Positions 9,914 to 18,788 of a stretch of 64,000 bases of DNA are shown piece by piece. Location of the stretch: the IMG/VR virus record IMGVR_UViG_3300033150_001293; one strand, 5' to 3'. The position numbers and the translations under genes were made by a program. The notes below the pieces were generated by a model, which was not told the origin of the DNA, searched no databases, and saw only the letters and a program-made list of their open reading frames with translations. Numbering within the stretch: the stretch's first letter is position 1; every line of letters begins with the position of its first letter. This stretch comes from an uncultured virus (IMG/VR IMGVR_UViG_3300033150_001293) (lineage: Duplodnaviria; Heunggongvirae; Uroviricota; Caudoviricetes).

Positions 9914-10383
9914 CACATCACCTCCATCTGTCCAGTATATCGCATCCGCGTGCTCGTCCCGAGCAGCCCCGGCGATGTCCGCCACGGCTCGGCGTTCACC
10001 AACGGCTCGCCAATCGACGCGCACGCCGCCTGCAATATCTCCGAGCAAAACCACCAGCCCGGCTTATCGCACCGCCTGCGGACGGCAAATCCGAGTATCC
10101 CCCAAAGGTCGTATCGCTCGCCCTCGTGCCGCTCGTAGAACGCCGTCACCGCGTCGGCCTTCGCCGGGTCCCGCTCGAAGTCGGCCTGGTACACGTCGAT
10201 CACCGTCCCGGGCGTGTGCCCCCGGGACAGCCCAGGAACGATCCTAACGCCATCCGGCCACCACGCCTCGCACACCCGGGCGTCCCCCCGCGTAAGCCAC
10301 GCAGCGTGCGAGTAGGGGCTCCAGGTACGCCACTGGATCAGGCGGGAGAGCCAAGACTTGCCGCGGTAGAGCAGGACAGCCAT
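9913..10383 (-). CDS. permuted papain-like (YiiX/YebB, NlpC/P60) enzyme
   Basis: YSHAA ... YDLWG ... FCSE order of motifs. Confidence 0.75.
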   Translation of the reverse strand: MAVLLYRGKSWLSRLIQWRTWSPYSHAAWLTRGDARVCEAWWPDGVRIVPGLSRGHTPGTVIDVYQADFERDPAKADAVTAFYERHEGERYDLWGILGFAVRRRCDKPGWWFCSEILQAACASIGEPLVNAEPWRTSPGLLGTSTRMRYTGQMEVM

Positions 10384-10384
10384 C

Positions 10385-10451
10385 CTCGCAACACACTCCG
10401 GAGAAATCTTACATTCCCATATAGTCTAGCACTGTGCTAGCACCCTGTCAA
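10385..10451 (-). promoter_or_regulatory. promoter with a half-repeat overlapping the RBS
   Basis: TTGACA-17 bp-TAGACT; GGAGTGTGTTGCGAG-G-ATG at 10381-10399. Confidence 0.7.
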
Positions 10452-10736
10452 CTCTAGAGCCCCCCCTTCCGGGGCTCTCCCTGGCCTGCCGGCTGCCGTT
10501 TGCCGTGACTCGTCCGTCCCTACTGTCGTGTGCCAGGTGTGTTGGCCTGACAGGGCTGTGGATTCGACGGGTTGTCGCATGCTGCGGGTTTCGCCCCACC
10601 GGGATGCAGGGGTTGGCAGAGCCCGGAATTATGGTTTTGCCCATCTATCCACTCCCCCCTGGGCGGCGGGGGGTTCCGGTCGCGGTCTGGCCGCTCTAGC
10701 CCTTCGGTCGATTTGGACCGATTCGACAAAATAGTC

Positions 10737-10782
10737 TTGCTACGTCCACCGAGGATATGGTACAATGCAGTTGTGCTGCGAG
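10737..10782 (+). promoter_or_regulatory. copy of the repeated promoter cassette with a decayed repeat handle
   Basis: TTGCTACGTCCACCGAGGATATGGTACAATGCAGTTGTGCTGCGAG. Confidence 0.65.
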
Positions 10783-11325
10783 TGAGTACCCGATAACGCA
10801 CCGCTTTTTTGGAGAAAGGGCACGGCCCATAACCCGCGACGGATGGATTGCCGTCGCGTCCTCTGAGTTCAGGACGAACGAGTCTGGCGGTCGGGGGATG
10901 GCACCCCGCGTACCGCCGAAGTTTGCTGGACGGCCGGTTGATCCACGAGGTTGGCCGGCCGTTCTGTTTTCCATAGGCGCTCCGTTTGGTTTGGGGGGGA
11001 AAAACAGCATCCAGACGGGGCCGGCAGCGGACGCCCCGGAGTGGGTTCGCAGTTCCGCCAGCCCCGCCGCCGGGGGTATATCCAGAAAGAGCAGGGGCCC
11101 CCGGCAGGCAATTCCTGCTGCGGGGGCCCCAAAAAACCGCAACCGACGGGAGATTCGGTTGTACTATGGGCGTTTTGTGTGGTATACTGCTAGTAGGCAT
11201 AGGTGGTGTTGCACCTTGTCTCACCGGCTCGGGGCCTCTCACCCGCGAGCCTCTTTTCTTTCCTTGGCTGGTTGATCGAACCTCATGCCGTCCATTCTAC
11301 CATAGCCGTCGGGCCATGTCTACAC

Positions 11326-11340
11326 CTCGCAACACACTTC
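11326..11340 (-). repeat. dispersed half-repeat immediately followed by a TAGACA-17-TAGAAT promoter
   Basis: CTCGCAACACACTTC exact. Confidence 0.85.
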
Positions 11341-11345
11341 AATTC

Positions 11346-11570
11346 TCATGCCGCCGAGATTTGCCTCACCGGCCGGAGAATGGCCCGACCGGCCATCGAA
11401 TACTTTCGTTCCGGTTCGGCCAGCGGCGGTAGATCTCGCCCATGCAGCCGTTCACGTTCCTCTATGATGGCAGCGAACTCGCCATCGTCTATCGTGTCCA
11501 TTGTCGCCTCGACGGCGGTCAGCAGAGCGTCCGATCCCCAGGGGGCGTGTAGCAGAATGTCGTGAGTCAT
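11346..11570 (-). CDS. hypothetical protein
   Basis: MTHDILL start coupled to the upstream stop. Confidence 0.5.
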   Translation of the reverse strand: MTHDILLHAPWGSDALLTAVEATMDTIDDGEFAAIIEERERLHGRDLPPLAEPERKYSMAGRAILRPVRQISAA

Positions 11571-11812
11571 TTGCCGCCCCCCGCGAGCTTCGCCCGCTTT
11601 TCGGCCAGTCGTTTGGCCAGCGCCCGCCGGGCCTCTATCTCCACCGTTGTTGCCGGCGCCCGTCGCCCCGGGGGCGGCGTCGCCCGGGCAATTCGCCACA
11701 CCGAGCCCGCCGGCACGCCCGTCAGCCGGGACACTTCAGCTTCACTGATTCCCAGCCTCACCAGGTCGGCCACCCGCCGCCTCACTTCGGGCCGATACTT
11801 GTGTCGTCCCAT
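11567..11812 (-). CDS. HTH DNA-binding protein
   Basis: LGISEAEVSRLTGVPAGSVWRIAR. Confidence 0.7.
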   Translation of the reverse strand: MGRHKYRPEVRRRVADLVRLGISEAEVSRLTGVPAGSVWRIARATPPPGRRAPATTVEIEARRALAKRLAEKRAKLAGGGK

Positions 11813-11944
11813 CACGGTACTCCACAATGATAGGTCCGTCGGGTATTCGATCGGGCCGAATCCGTTTGTAGCCCGACGGCCCACCGACAAATCCCCACGG
11901 GCGCCGCACGCAGACGGGCGCGTAGTATGCCGGCGGCCCCAGCG

Positions 11945-12865
11945 TCAATTCGCGTTTGCCGCCTTGCACCATCCGCTTACCCCTACTGGGTAGTTTACCC
12001 ACAGGCATTCCGTCATCCGTCTCTTCGTCTTCGCGCCCGATGCGTTGTTCGGCAGTTCAAACTCGACGCAATGCCAGCCCCGCGCTTTCGCAGTAGCATT
12101 ATACCAACGGTTATGATAACCGCTAAGCTGGAACGTGCCCTTGATTCCGGCCAGCACGTCCAGCAACTTCGCATGTTGCTCCTCCGTCATCTCGTGCTCG
12201 TAACAGCGCGTCGCCGTCCGCGTCTCGTGCAAGTAGGGGGGGTCGATATAATAGTGCGTTCGCGGCCCATCCTGTTGCCGGATCACGTCAATCGCGTCGT
12301 CATTTAGTATCACCACCCGTTTAAGCCGCTCGTGCGCCTTGGGCAAACCCTCCACGGTAGAAAGCCAGGACGCCACCTGCTCGTTCATCCCCCGCCGCGT
12401 CCGGTTGCGCGAAAGCGTGGCGAAGTCCTTGCCGAGCCCCTGGCGAGATTGGCGGTAGCGGATGAAGAAGTTGACAGCCGAAACGACGCACGGCGTCTCC
12501 CGGGGCATGTTGTCCTGGTTGTACTGGACGGCTGCTTGCCACCGCGCTTGGCTGAACGGCGTTGCCTCAACGACCCGGTAGAAGGCCGCAAACGCGTCGT
12601 CGTCCTGAAGCGTTCGCCAGAAGTTTACCAGGCCCCCGTTAATGTCGTTCACCACCTCGCTGCATCCGCGCATTTCCGCCGAGCCGTCATACTCCGGCGA
12701 ACCCTCGTACCAATCGCGGTCCGGGTCGCGGGCAAATAGCACCGCACCGCCGCCAAAATACGGCTCGACGTAGTGCAAGTGCGGGGGCATCAGGCCGACG
12801 ATCCGCTTCGCCATGTAGTGCTTTCCACCGTGGATCTTTAGGGGGAGGCTGCTCATGGCCAACAT
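11945..12865 (-). CDS. dam: Dam-like (D12 class) N6-adenine DNA methyltransferase
   Basis: GGKHY, YVEPYFGGGAV, VNDI, YIDPPY. Confidence 0.92.
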   Translation of the reverse strand: MLAMSSLPLKIHGGKHYMAKRIVGLMPPHLHYVEPYFGGGAVLFARDPDRDWYEGSPEYDGSAEMRGCSEVVNDINGGLVNFWRTLQDDDAFAAFYRVVEATPFSQARWQAAVQYNQDNMPRETPCVVSAVNFFIRYRQSRQGLGKDFATLSRNRTRRGMNEQVASWLSTVEGLPKAHERLKRVVILNDDAIDVIRQQDGPRTHYYIDPPYLHETRTATRCYEHEMTEEQHAKLLDVLAGIKGTFQLSGYHNRWYNATAKARGWHCVEFELPNNASGAKTKRRMTECLWVNYPVGVSGWCKAANAN

Positions 12866-12876
12866 AGCGCCTATTA

Positions 12877-13171
12877 TTCGCAACACACTTCTCAGATTTC
12901 AGCCGTTGTCACTAGGTGAGGAGGATACGAAACTGACCGAGAGGCTGCTCTCGCAACACACTTCTCAGACTTCAGCCGTTGTCACGCCCGGATGATGGGC
13001 GTGAGGCGGTCCTATTTCTCGCAACACACTTCTCAGATTTTAGCCGTCGTCACCACACCCGCGCGGTTGACACTGGCCCCATCTCGGCTACTCGCAACAC
13101 ACTTCTCGATTTTTAGCCGTCGTTACTAGCGACAAACGCCGGCGCGATCCCGCACTCTCGCAACACACTTC
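12877..13171 (-). CRISPR. CRISPR array A: 4 full 36-bp repeats plus a leading 15-bp half-repeat, 4 spacers (30-37 bp)
   Basis: repeats at 12877, 12950, 13018, 13091; half-repeat 13157-13171; minus-strand TATAAT at 13181-13186. Confidence 0.95.
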
Positions 13172-13285
13172 ATGCTCCCTATTATAGCAGCCTTGACGGC
13201 CGAGCGTCCATGGATTCCCGAAGGGAACCTAACTCCTACCCCCGCAACGATTTAGGGTTTCCGGCCGAAATTGCCCGGGAGAAGG

Positions 13286-13412
13286 TATAATAGGCATCGT
13301 GGACGCAAGATGACGATCGCCGAACTGCCCGATGGCGCGGCCGGGCTGCGAAAGCAGCATGGGATAGAAGTGTGTTGCGAGGTCGCTCCCTGTCCACCGG
13401 CCGCGTTTTTTT
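13286..13412 (+). promoter_or_regulatory. promoter and structured leader/terminator enclosing a half-repeat
   Basis: TATAAT at 13286; CGCGGCCGG...CCGGCCGCG then a T-run; GCTGC-GAAA-GCAGC hairpin; 15-mer at 13367-13381. Confidence 0.6.
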
Positions 13413-13427
13413 TGTGGAGGCTAGAGC

Positions 13428-14288
13428 ATGGCTGAAACCAAACGGCTATCCATCAACCTGATCCGCCGCGACAAGAGCACGCAGGGACGAGTGGGCGTCG
13501 ACACGGAAACGGTAGAACAATACCGGGAAGTCTATACGGAGCTGCCGCCCCCCAAGGTCTGCAAGGACGACGAGGGCATCTACTGGCTATATGACGGCTT
13601 CGCCACGATAGAGGCGTTTACCCTAGAGGGCCGCAAACAGATCGACTGCGAGGTCCGCAAGGGCAGCTACGAAGACGCCAGGTGGCTGGCGGCCGGCGCG
13701 AACGTTGACCACGACACCGCCGGCCGGCGGCGGACAAACGCGGACAAGCGGCGGGCCGTCGAAGTGGCCCTGTCGTGCCCGCGGTCGGACGAGAAGTCGA
13801 ACGGCGAGATCGCGGATCACTGCCGGGTCAGCCGCGACCTAGTTGCCTCGGTCCGGGCGGAAATTGGCGACACGGTACTTTTGGGGGGAAGGGTCGGCTC
13901 AGCCGACCCTTCCCTACTATCCGGGGGGGGCGCGGCGGCCGGCACTTTGGCGGCCGCCTCGAAGCGGCAGCGGGCAAAAACATCTAAGCAAAAGCCACCC
14001 AAAGCCGAGACGCCCGAGCCTACCTCGCCGCCGAACGGCTCCAGCCGCCTCTCCGCCCCCGCTTCGGCTGAGGACTGCGGGCACCACGATGACCCGAAGT
14101 ATCTCCACGGCACGCGGGCCGAGCTGAAGGATCGCCTCACGAAACGGCTCACTTCGCTACATTCATTGCTGGGCGAGATCGACAAACTGTACGATCGGAT
14201 AGGAGCAAATACGGGGCAGGTAGAGGAGCACCTGGCGGCGATCGCCAAGGCCCAGCACAGCCTGGCGGCGATCGCCAACGGTCTATAG
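13428..14288 (+). CDS. ParB-N-like domain protein with HTH
   Basis: LPPPKV..YWLYDGF (degenerate DGxHR), RTNADKRRAV, SNGEIADHCRVSRDLVASVR. Confidence 0.7.
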   Translation: MAETKRLSINLIRRDKSTQGRVGVDTETVEQYREVYTELPPPKVCKDDEGIYWLYDGFATIEAFTLEGRKQIDCEVRKGSYEDARWLAAGANVDHDTAGRRRTNADKRRAVEVALSCPRSDEKSNGEIADHCRVSRDLVASVRAEIGDTVLLGGRVGSADPSLLSGGGAAAGTLAAASKRQRAKTSKQKPPKAETPEPTSPPNGSSRLSAPASAEDCGHHDDPKYLHGTRAELKDRLTKRLTSLHSLLGEIDKLYDRIGANTGQVEEHLAAIAKAQHSLAAIANGL

Positions 14289-14329
14289 TCGATGTACGCT
14301 CGCCACTACGAACTACGGGAGCTATACTA

Positions 14330-15397
14330 ATGTGCGAGTTCTTATCCGGCGTGGTCACGATAGAACGGTGCCCTCGTGTGCTTTGTGCCGATTTATGGCA
14401 TCACGAGCGCACGGTGGAGGCGTTCGATCTCAAACCAGAAACGTACCGGGAGTGGGAATGGACTAGGGACGACGACGGCGCCAGCCTCACGGTGCGTGCC
14501 GCGCCGGGCGAAAAAAGCAGCGTGCTGAAGTCGGCTATTCTTGCGAAGTTCCCAACGCGGGAAGACGCGCTGAGGGATTGTATCGCACAAACGTTGGAGA
14601 AAGGTGGTTCGCTCTCCCTTTGCGATTGCACGCTACCCGATAATCTAACGCTACCCGAGTCGATCGGCGGCGGGCTCGACTTTAGTAGATGTACACTACC
14701 CGATGGTCTGACGCTACCCGAGTCGATCGGCGGCGGGCTCGACTTTAGTAGATGTACACTACCCGATGGTCTGACGCTACCCAAGACGATAGACGGTTGG
14801 CTCAACCTTAGTTACTGCGTGCTGCCTGCCGATTTGACGTTGCCCAAGTCGATCGGCGGTGCATTCTACTTTCGCGGTTGCACGCTGCCCGCTGGTTTGA
14901 CGCTGCCCAAAACAGTAGGCGGTTGTCTCGACCTTTGCGGTTGCACGCTGCCCGCCGATTTGAAGCTACCCGAGTCGGTCGGCGAGTGGTTCTACCTTTA
15001 CGACTGCAAACTGCCTGCCGGATTGACACTACCCAAGTCGATAGGCGGTTGGCTCGATCTTCGCGGTTGCCCATTACCTACTGGCCTGACGCTGCCCGAG
15101 TCGATCGGCGGCGGGCTTGACCTTCGCGGTTGCACGCTACCCGCCGATTTGAAGCTGCCCAAATTGGTAGGCGACTGGCTCTACCTTAGCGGTTGCTCAT
15201 TGCCTGTTGGTCTAACGCTACCCAAGATAGTCGGCGGTTCGCTCTCCCTTTGCGATTGCAAGCTACCCGCCGGATTGAAGCTACCTGAGTCGATTGGCGG
15301 TTGCCTTGACCTTCGTCGCTGCACGCTGGCTGAGGGGCTAACATTGGACCTGAGCAAATATAGTGTGGTCCGCGCTGCAAGCTGGCTGAAGGCTTAA
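14330..15397 (+). CDS. LRR-like repeat protein 1
   Basis: conserved MCEFLSG N-domain plus 22-aa LPESIGGxLxLxxCxLPxxLT repeats. Confidence 0.9.
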   Translation: MCEFLSGVVTIERCPRVLCADLWHHERTVEAFDLKPETYREWEWTRDDDGASLTVRAAPGEKSSVLKSAILAKFPTREDALRDCIAQTLEKGGSLSLCDCTLPDNLTLPESIGGGLDFSRCTLPDGLTLPESIGGGLDFSRCTLPDGLTLPKTIDGWLNLSYCVLPADLTLPKSIGGAFYFRGCTLPAGLTLPKTVGGCLDLCGCTLPADLKLPESVGEWFYLYDCKLPAGLTLPKSIGGWLDLRGCPLPTGLTLPESIGGGLDLRGCTLPADLKLPKLVGDWLYLSGCSLPVGLTLPKIVGGSLSLCDCKLPAGLKLPESIGGCLDLRRCTLAEGLTLDLSKYSVVRAASWLKA

Positions 15398-15450
15398 CAT
15401 TGGACCTGAGCAAGTACCGTATAATCCGCTAGGCAACAGGAGCCATCACA

Positions 15451-16560
15451 ATGTGCAAATTTTTATCCGGCGTGGTCACGATGGAGCGGTGCCCGCGAGT
15501 GCTCTGCGCCGACCTATGGCACCACGAGCGTACGGTGGAGGCGTTCGGCCTTAAGCCGGAGACGTACCGAGAATGGGAATGGCTCGAAGACGACGACGGC
15601 GCCAGCCTCACGGTGCGTGCTATACCCGATGAAAATCCCAACGTGTTGAAGTCGGCCATCCTAGCGAAATACCCGACGCGGGAAGAAGCGCTGAGGGCTT
15701 GTATTGCACAGGTGTTAGAGAGACATGGCAGGCTCGATTTCGGTGATTGCGTGCTGCCTGCCAACCTAACACTACCTGAGTTGATAGACGGTTGTCTCGA
15801 CTTTAGCGGATGTGCACTACCCGCCAGTCTAACACTACCCGAGACGATAGGCGAATGGCTCGATCTTAGTGGTTGTGTATTGCCTGCCGAATTAACGCTA
15901 CCCAAGTCAGTCGGCAGTTCACTCTACCTCTGCAACTGCGTGTTACCCGCTAGTTTGGAGTTACCTGAGACGATTGGTGGCTCACTTAACCTTAGTGGCT
16001 GCAAGTTGCCTGTTGGATTAACGCTACCCAATCCAATAGACGGTATACTCAACCTCAACGGCTGCACGCTACCTATTGGTTTGACGCTACCCGAGTCGAT
16101 CGGCGGCGGGCTCGACCTTCGCGGTTGCACGCTGCCCGCCGATTTGAAGCTACCCGAGTCGATCGGCGGCTCGCTTGACCTTCGCGGTTGCTCATTGCCT
16201 ATTGGTCTAACGCTACCCAAGACAGTCGGCGGTTCGCTCTCCCTTTGCGATTGCAAGCTACCCGCCGGATTGAAGCTACCCGAGTCGATTAGCGGCGGAC
16301 TCGACCTTTGTGGTTGCGTACTGCCTGCCGATCTGAAGATGCCCGAGTCGGTGGGCGATTGGCTCTACCTTAGCGGTTGCTTATTGCCCGTTGGTCTAAC
16401 GCTACCCGAGACAGTCGGCGGTTCGCTCTACCTTTGCGATTGCGAGTTACCTGCTAGGCTAACGCTACCCGAGTCGATCGGCGGCTCGCTTGACCTTCGC
16501 GGTTGCACGCCGGCTGAAGGCTTAACATTGGACCTGAGCAAGTACCGCGTGATCCGTTAA
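15451..16560 (+). CDS. LRR-like repeat protein 2
   Basis: paralogue with the same architecture. Confidence 0.9.
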   Translation: MCKFLSGVVTMERCPRVLCADLWHHERTVEAFGLKPETYREWEWLEDDDGASLTVRAIPDENPNVLKSAILAKYPTREEALRACIAQVLERHGRLDFGDCVLPANLTLPELIDGCLDFSGCALPASLTLPETIGEWLDLSGCVLPAELTLPKSVGSSLYLCNCVLPASLELPETIGGSLNLSGCKLPVGLTLPNPIDGILNLNGCTLPIGLTLPESIGGGLDLRGCTLPADLKLPESIGGSLDLRGCSLPIGLTLPKTVGGSLSLCDCKLPAGLKLPESISGGLDLCGCVLPADLKMPESVGDWLYLSGCLLPVGLTLPETVGGSLYLCDCELPARLTLPESIGGSLDLRGCTPAEGLTLDLSKYRVIR

Positions 16561-16578
16561 TCAACAGGAGCCATCACA

Positions 16579-17877
16579 ATGTGCGAGTTCTTATCCGGCG
16601 TGGTCACGATGGAGCGGTGCCCGCGAGTGCTCTGCGCTGATTTGCGGCATTGCGAATACACAGTGGCAGCGTTCGGTCTTAAGCCGGAGACGTACCGAGA
16701 ATGGGAATGGCTCGAAGACGACGACGGAGCCAGCCTCACGGTGTATGCCGCGCCCGGCGAAGAAGGCAGCGTGCTGAAGTCGGCCATCCTGGCAAAATAC
16801 CCGACGCGGGAAGACGCGCTGAGGGCTTGCGTCGCTCAGGCGTTGGAGAAACGCGGTTTGCTCGACTTTCGCAGCTGTACGCTACCCGCTGATTTGAAGC
16901 TACCCGAGTCGATGGATGACTCGCTCAATCTTCGCTATTGCACGCTACCCGACGGATTGACGCTACCCAAGTCGATCGGTGGCTGGCTCGACCTTAACAA
17001 CTCCGTGCTACCCGACGGTTTGAAGCTACCCGAATCGGTAGGCGGCTCGCTCGACCTTAGTGGCTGCAAGTTGCCTGTTGGATTGACGCTACCCAAGTCG
17101 ATCGGCGGCTCGCTCGACCTTAGCGATTGTAAGCTGCACGCTGGATTGAAATTACCCAAGTCGGTGGGCAAGTGGCTCTACCTTTGCGGCTGCACGCTAC
17201 CCAACGGGCTGACGTTGCCTAAGTCGATGAACGGTTCGCTTGACCTCAGCTACTGCACGCTACCCGCCGATCTGAAGCTACCCAAGTCGATTGGCGGCTC
17301 GCTTGACCTCTATTACTGCGTGCTACCTGCTGGCCTGACGCTGCCCGAGTCGATCGGCGGCGGGCTCGATCTTCGCGGCTGCGTATTACCCGCTGGGCTG
17401 ACGCTGCCCGAGTCGATCGGCGATGAACTCTGCCTTCGCAACTGCACGCTGCCCGACGATTTGACGCTGCCCGAGACAATAGGCGGTTGGCTTGACCTTC
17501 GCGGCTGCGTATTACCCGCTAGTCTGACACTACCCGAGTCGATCAGCGGCTCGCTCGATCTTCGCGGCTGCAAGCTACCCGCTAGTCTGTCGCTACCCGA
17601 GTCGATCGGCGGTTCGCTCTACCTTCGCGGCTGCACATTGTCTAGCGATTTGACATTACCCAAATCGGTAGGCGGTTCGTTTAACCTTTGCGATTGCGTA
17701 TTACCTGTTGGGCTGACGCTACCCGAGTCGATTGGCGGTGAACTCTACTTTTGGAATTGTAAGCTACCCGCTGGGCTAACGCTACCCAAGTCGATTGGCG
17801 GTTGGCTCGACCTTAGCGGCTGCACGTTGGCTGAAGGCTTAACGTTGGACCTGAGTAAGTACCGCGTGATCCGTTAA
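16579..17877 (+). CDS. LRR-like repeat protein 3
   Basis: paralogue with the longest repeat tract. Confidence 0.9.
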   Translation: MCEFLSGVVTMERCPRVLCADLRHCEYTVAAFGLKPETYREWEWLEDDDGASLTVYAAPGEEGSVLKSAILAKYPTREDALRACVAQALEKRGLLDFRSCTLPADLKLPESMDDSLNLRYCTLPDGLTLPKSIGGWLDLNNSVLPDGLKLPESVGGSLDLSGCKLPVGLTLPKSIGGSLDLSDCKLHAGLKLPKSVGKWLYLCGCTLPNGLTLPKSMNGSLDLSYCTLPADLKLPKSIGGSLDLYYCVLPAGLTLPESIGGGLDLRGCVLPAGLTLPESIGDELCLRNCTLPDDLTLPETIGGWLDLRGCVLPASLTLPESISGSLDLRGCKLPASLSLPESIGGSLYLRGCTLSSDLTLPKSVGGSFNLCDCVLPVGLTLPESIGGELYFWNCKLPAGLTLPKSIGGWLDLSGCTLAEGLTLDLSKYRVIR

Positions 17878-17895
17878 TCAACAGGAGCCAATATA

Positions 17896-18711
17896 ATGTG
17901 CGAATTTCTATCCGGCATAGTTACGATGGAGCGGTACCCTCGTGTGCTCTGCGCCGACCTACGGCATCACGAGCGCACGGTGGAGGCGTTCGATCTCAAG
18001 CCGGAAACGTACCGGGAGTGGGAATGGGTCGAGGACGACGACGGAGCCAGCCTCACGGTGCGTGCCGCGCCCGGCGAGAATCCCAGCGTGCTGAAGTCGG
18101 CCATCCTGGCGAAATACCCGACGCGGGGAGACGCGCTGAGGACTTGCGTTGCTCAGGCGTTGGAAAAAAGCGGTTCGCTCTACCTTCGCGATTGCAAGCT
18201 GCCTGACGGTTTGACGCTGCCCGAGACGATAGATGGTTGGCTCGACCTTCATGGTTGCGTATTGCCTGCTAGTCTAACGCTACCCAAAACAGTTGGTGGC
18301 TGGCTCAACCTCGACGGCTGCATGCTACCCGCCGGAGTGACGTTACCCGAGTCGATCGGCGGCTGGCTTGACCTCAACAACTCCGTGCTACCCGACGGAC
18401 TAACGCTACCCAAGTTGGTAGGCGATTCGCTCGACCTTCGCGGCTGCAATCTACCTGCTAGTCTGACGCTACCCAAGACAGTTGGCAGTTCACTCTACCT
18501 TTGCGATTGCGAGCTACCCAACGGATTGACATTACCCAAGTTGGTAGGCGGTTCGCTCGACCTTCGCGGTTGCAAGCTACCTGCTGGCCTGACGCTACCC
18601 GAGTCGATCGGCGGTTCGCTCGACCTTCGTCGCTGCACGCTAGCTGAGGGTCTGATATTGGACCTGAGCAAATATAGTGCGGTCCGCGCTGCACGTTGGC
18701 GAAGGGTTTAA
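17896..18711 (+). CDS. LRR-like repeat protein 4
   Basis: paralogue with the shortest repeat tract. Confidence 0.9.
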   Translation: MCEFLSGIVTMERYPRVLCADLRHHERTVEAFDLKPETYREWEWVEDDDGASLTVRAAPGENPSVLKSAILAKYPTRGDALRTCVAQALEKSGSLYLRDCKLPDGLTLPETIDGWLDLHGCVLPASLTLPKTVGGWLNLDGCMLPAGVTLPESIGGWLDLNNSVLPDGLTLPKLVGDSLDLRGCNLPASLTLPKTVGSSLYLCDCELPNGLTLPKLVGGSLDLRGCKLPAGLTLPESIGGSLDLRRCTLAEGLILDLSKYSAVRAARWRRV

Positions 18712-18788
18712 CATTGGACCTGAGCAAGTACCGCGTGATTCGCTAGGGTGTAACTACCCACTATCTAATTCGGGCAAAGGAACGCACC

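Noticed and set aside
14330..18711. Diversity-generating retroelement acting on the LRR genes
   Set aside because: No reverse transcriptase in the window and variation is not confined to adenines
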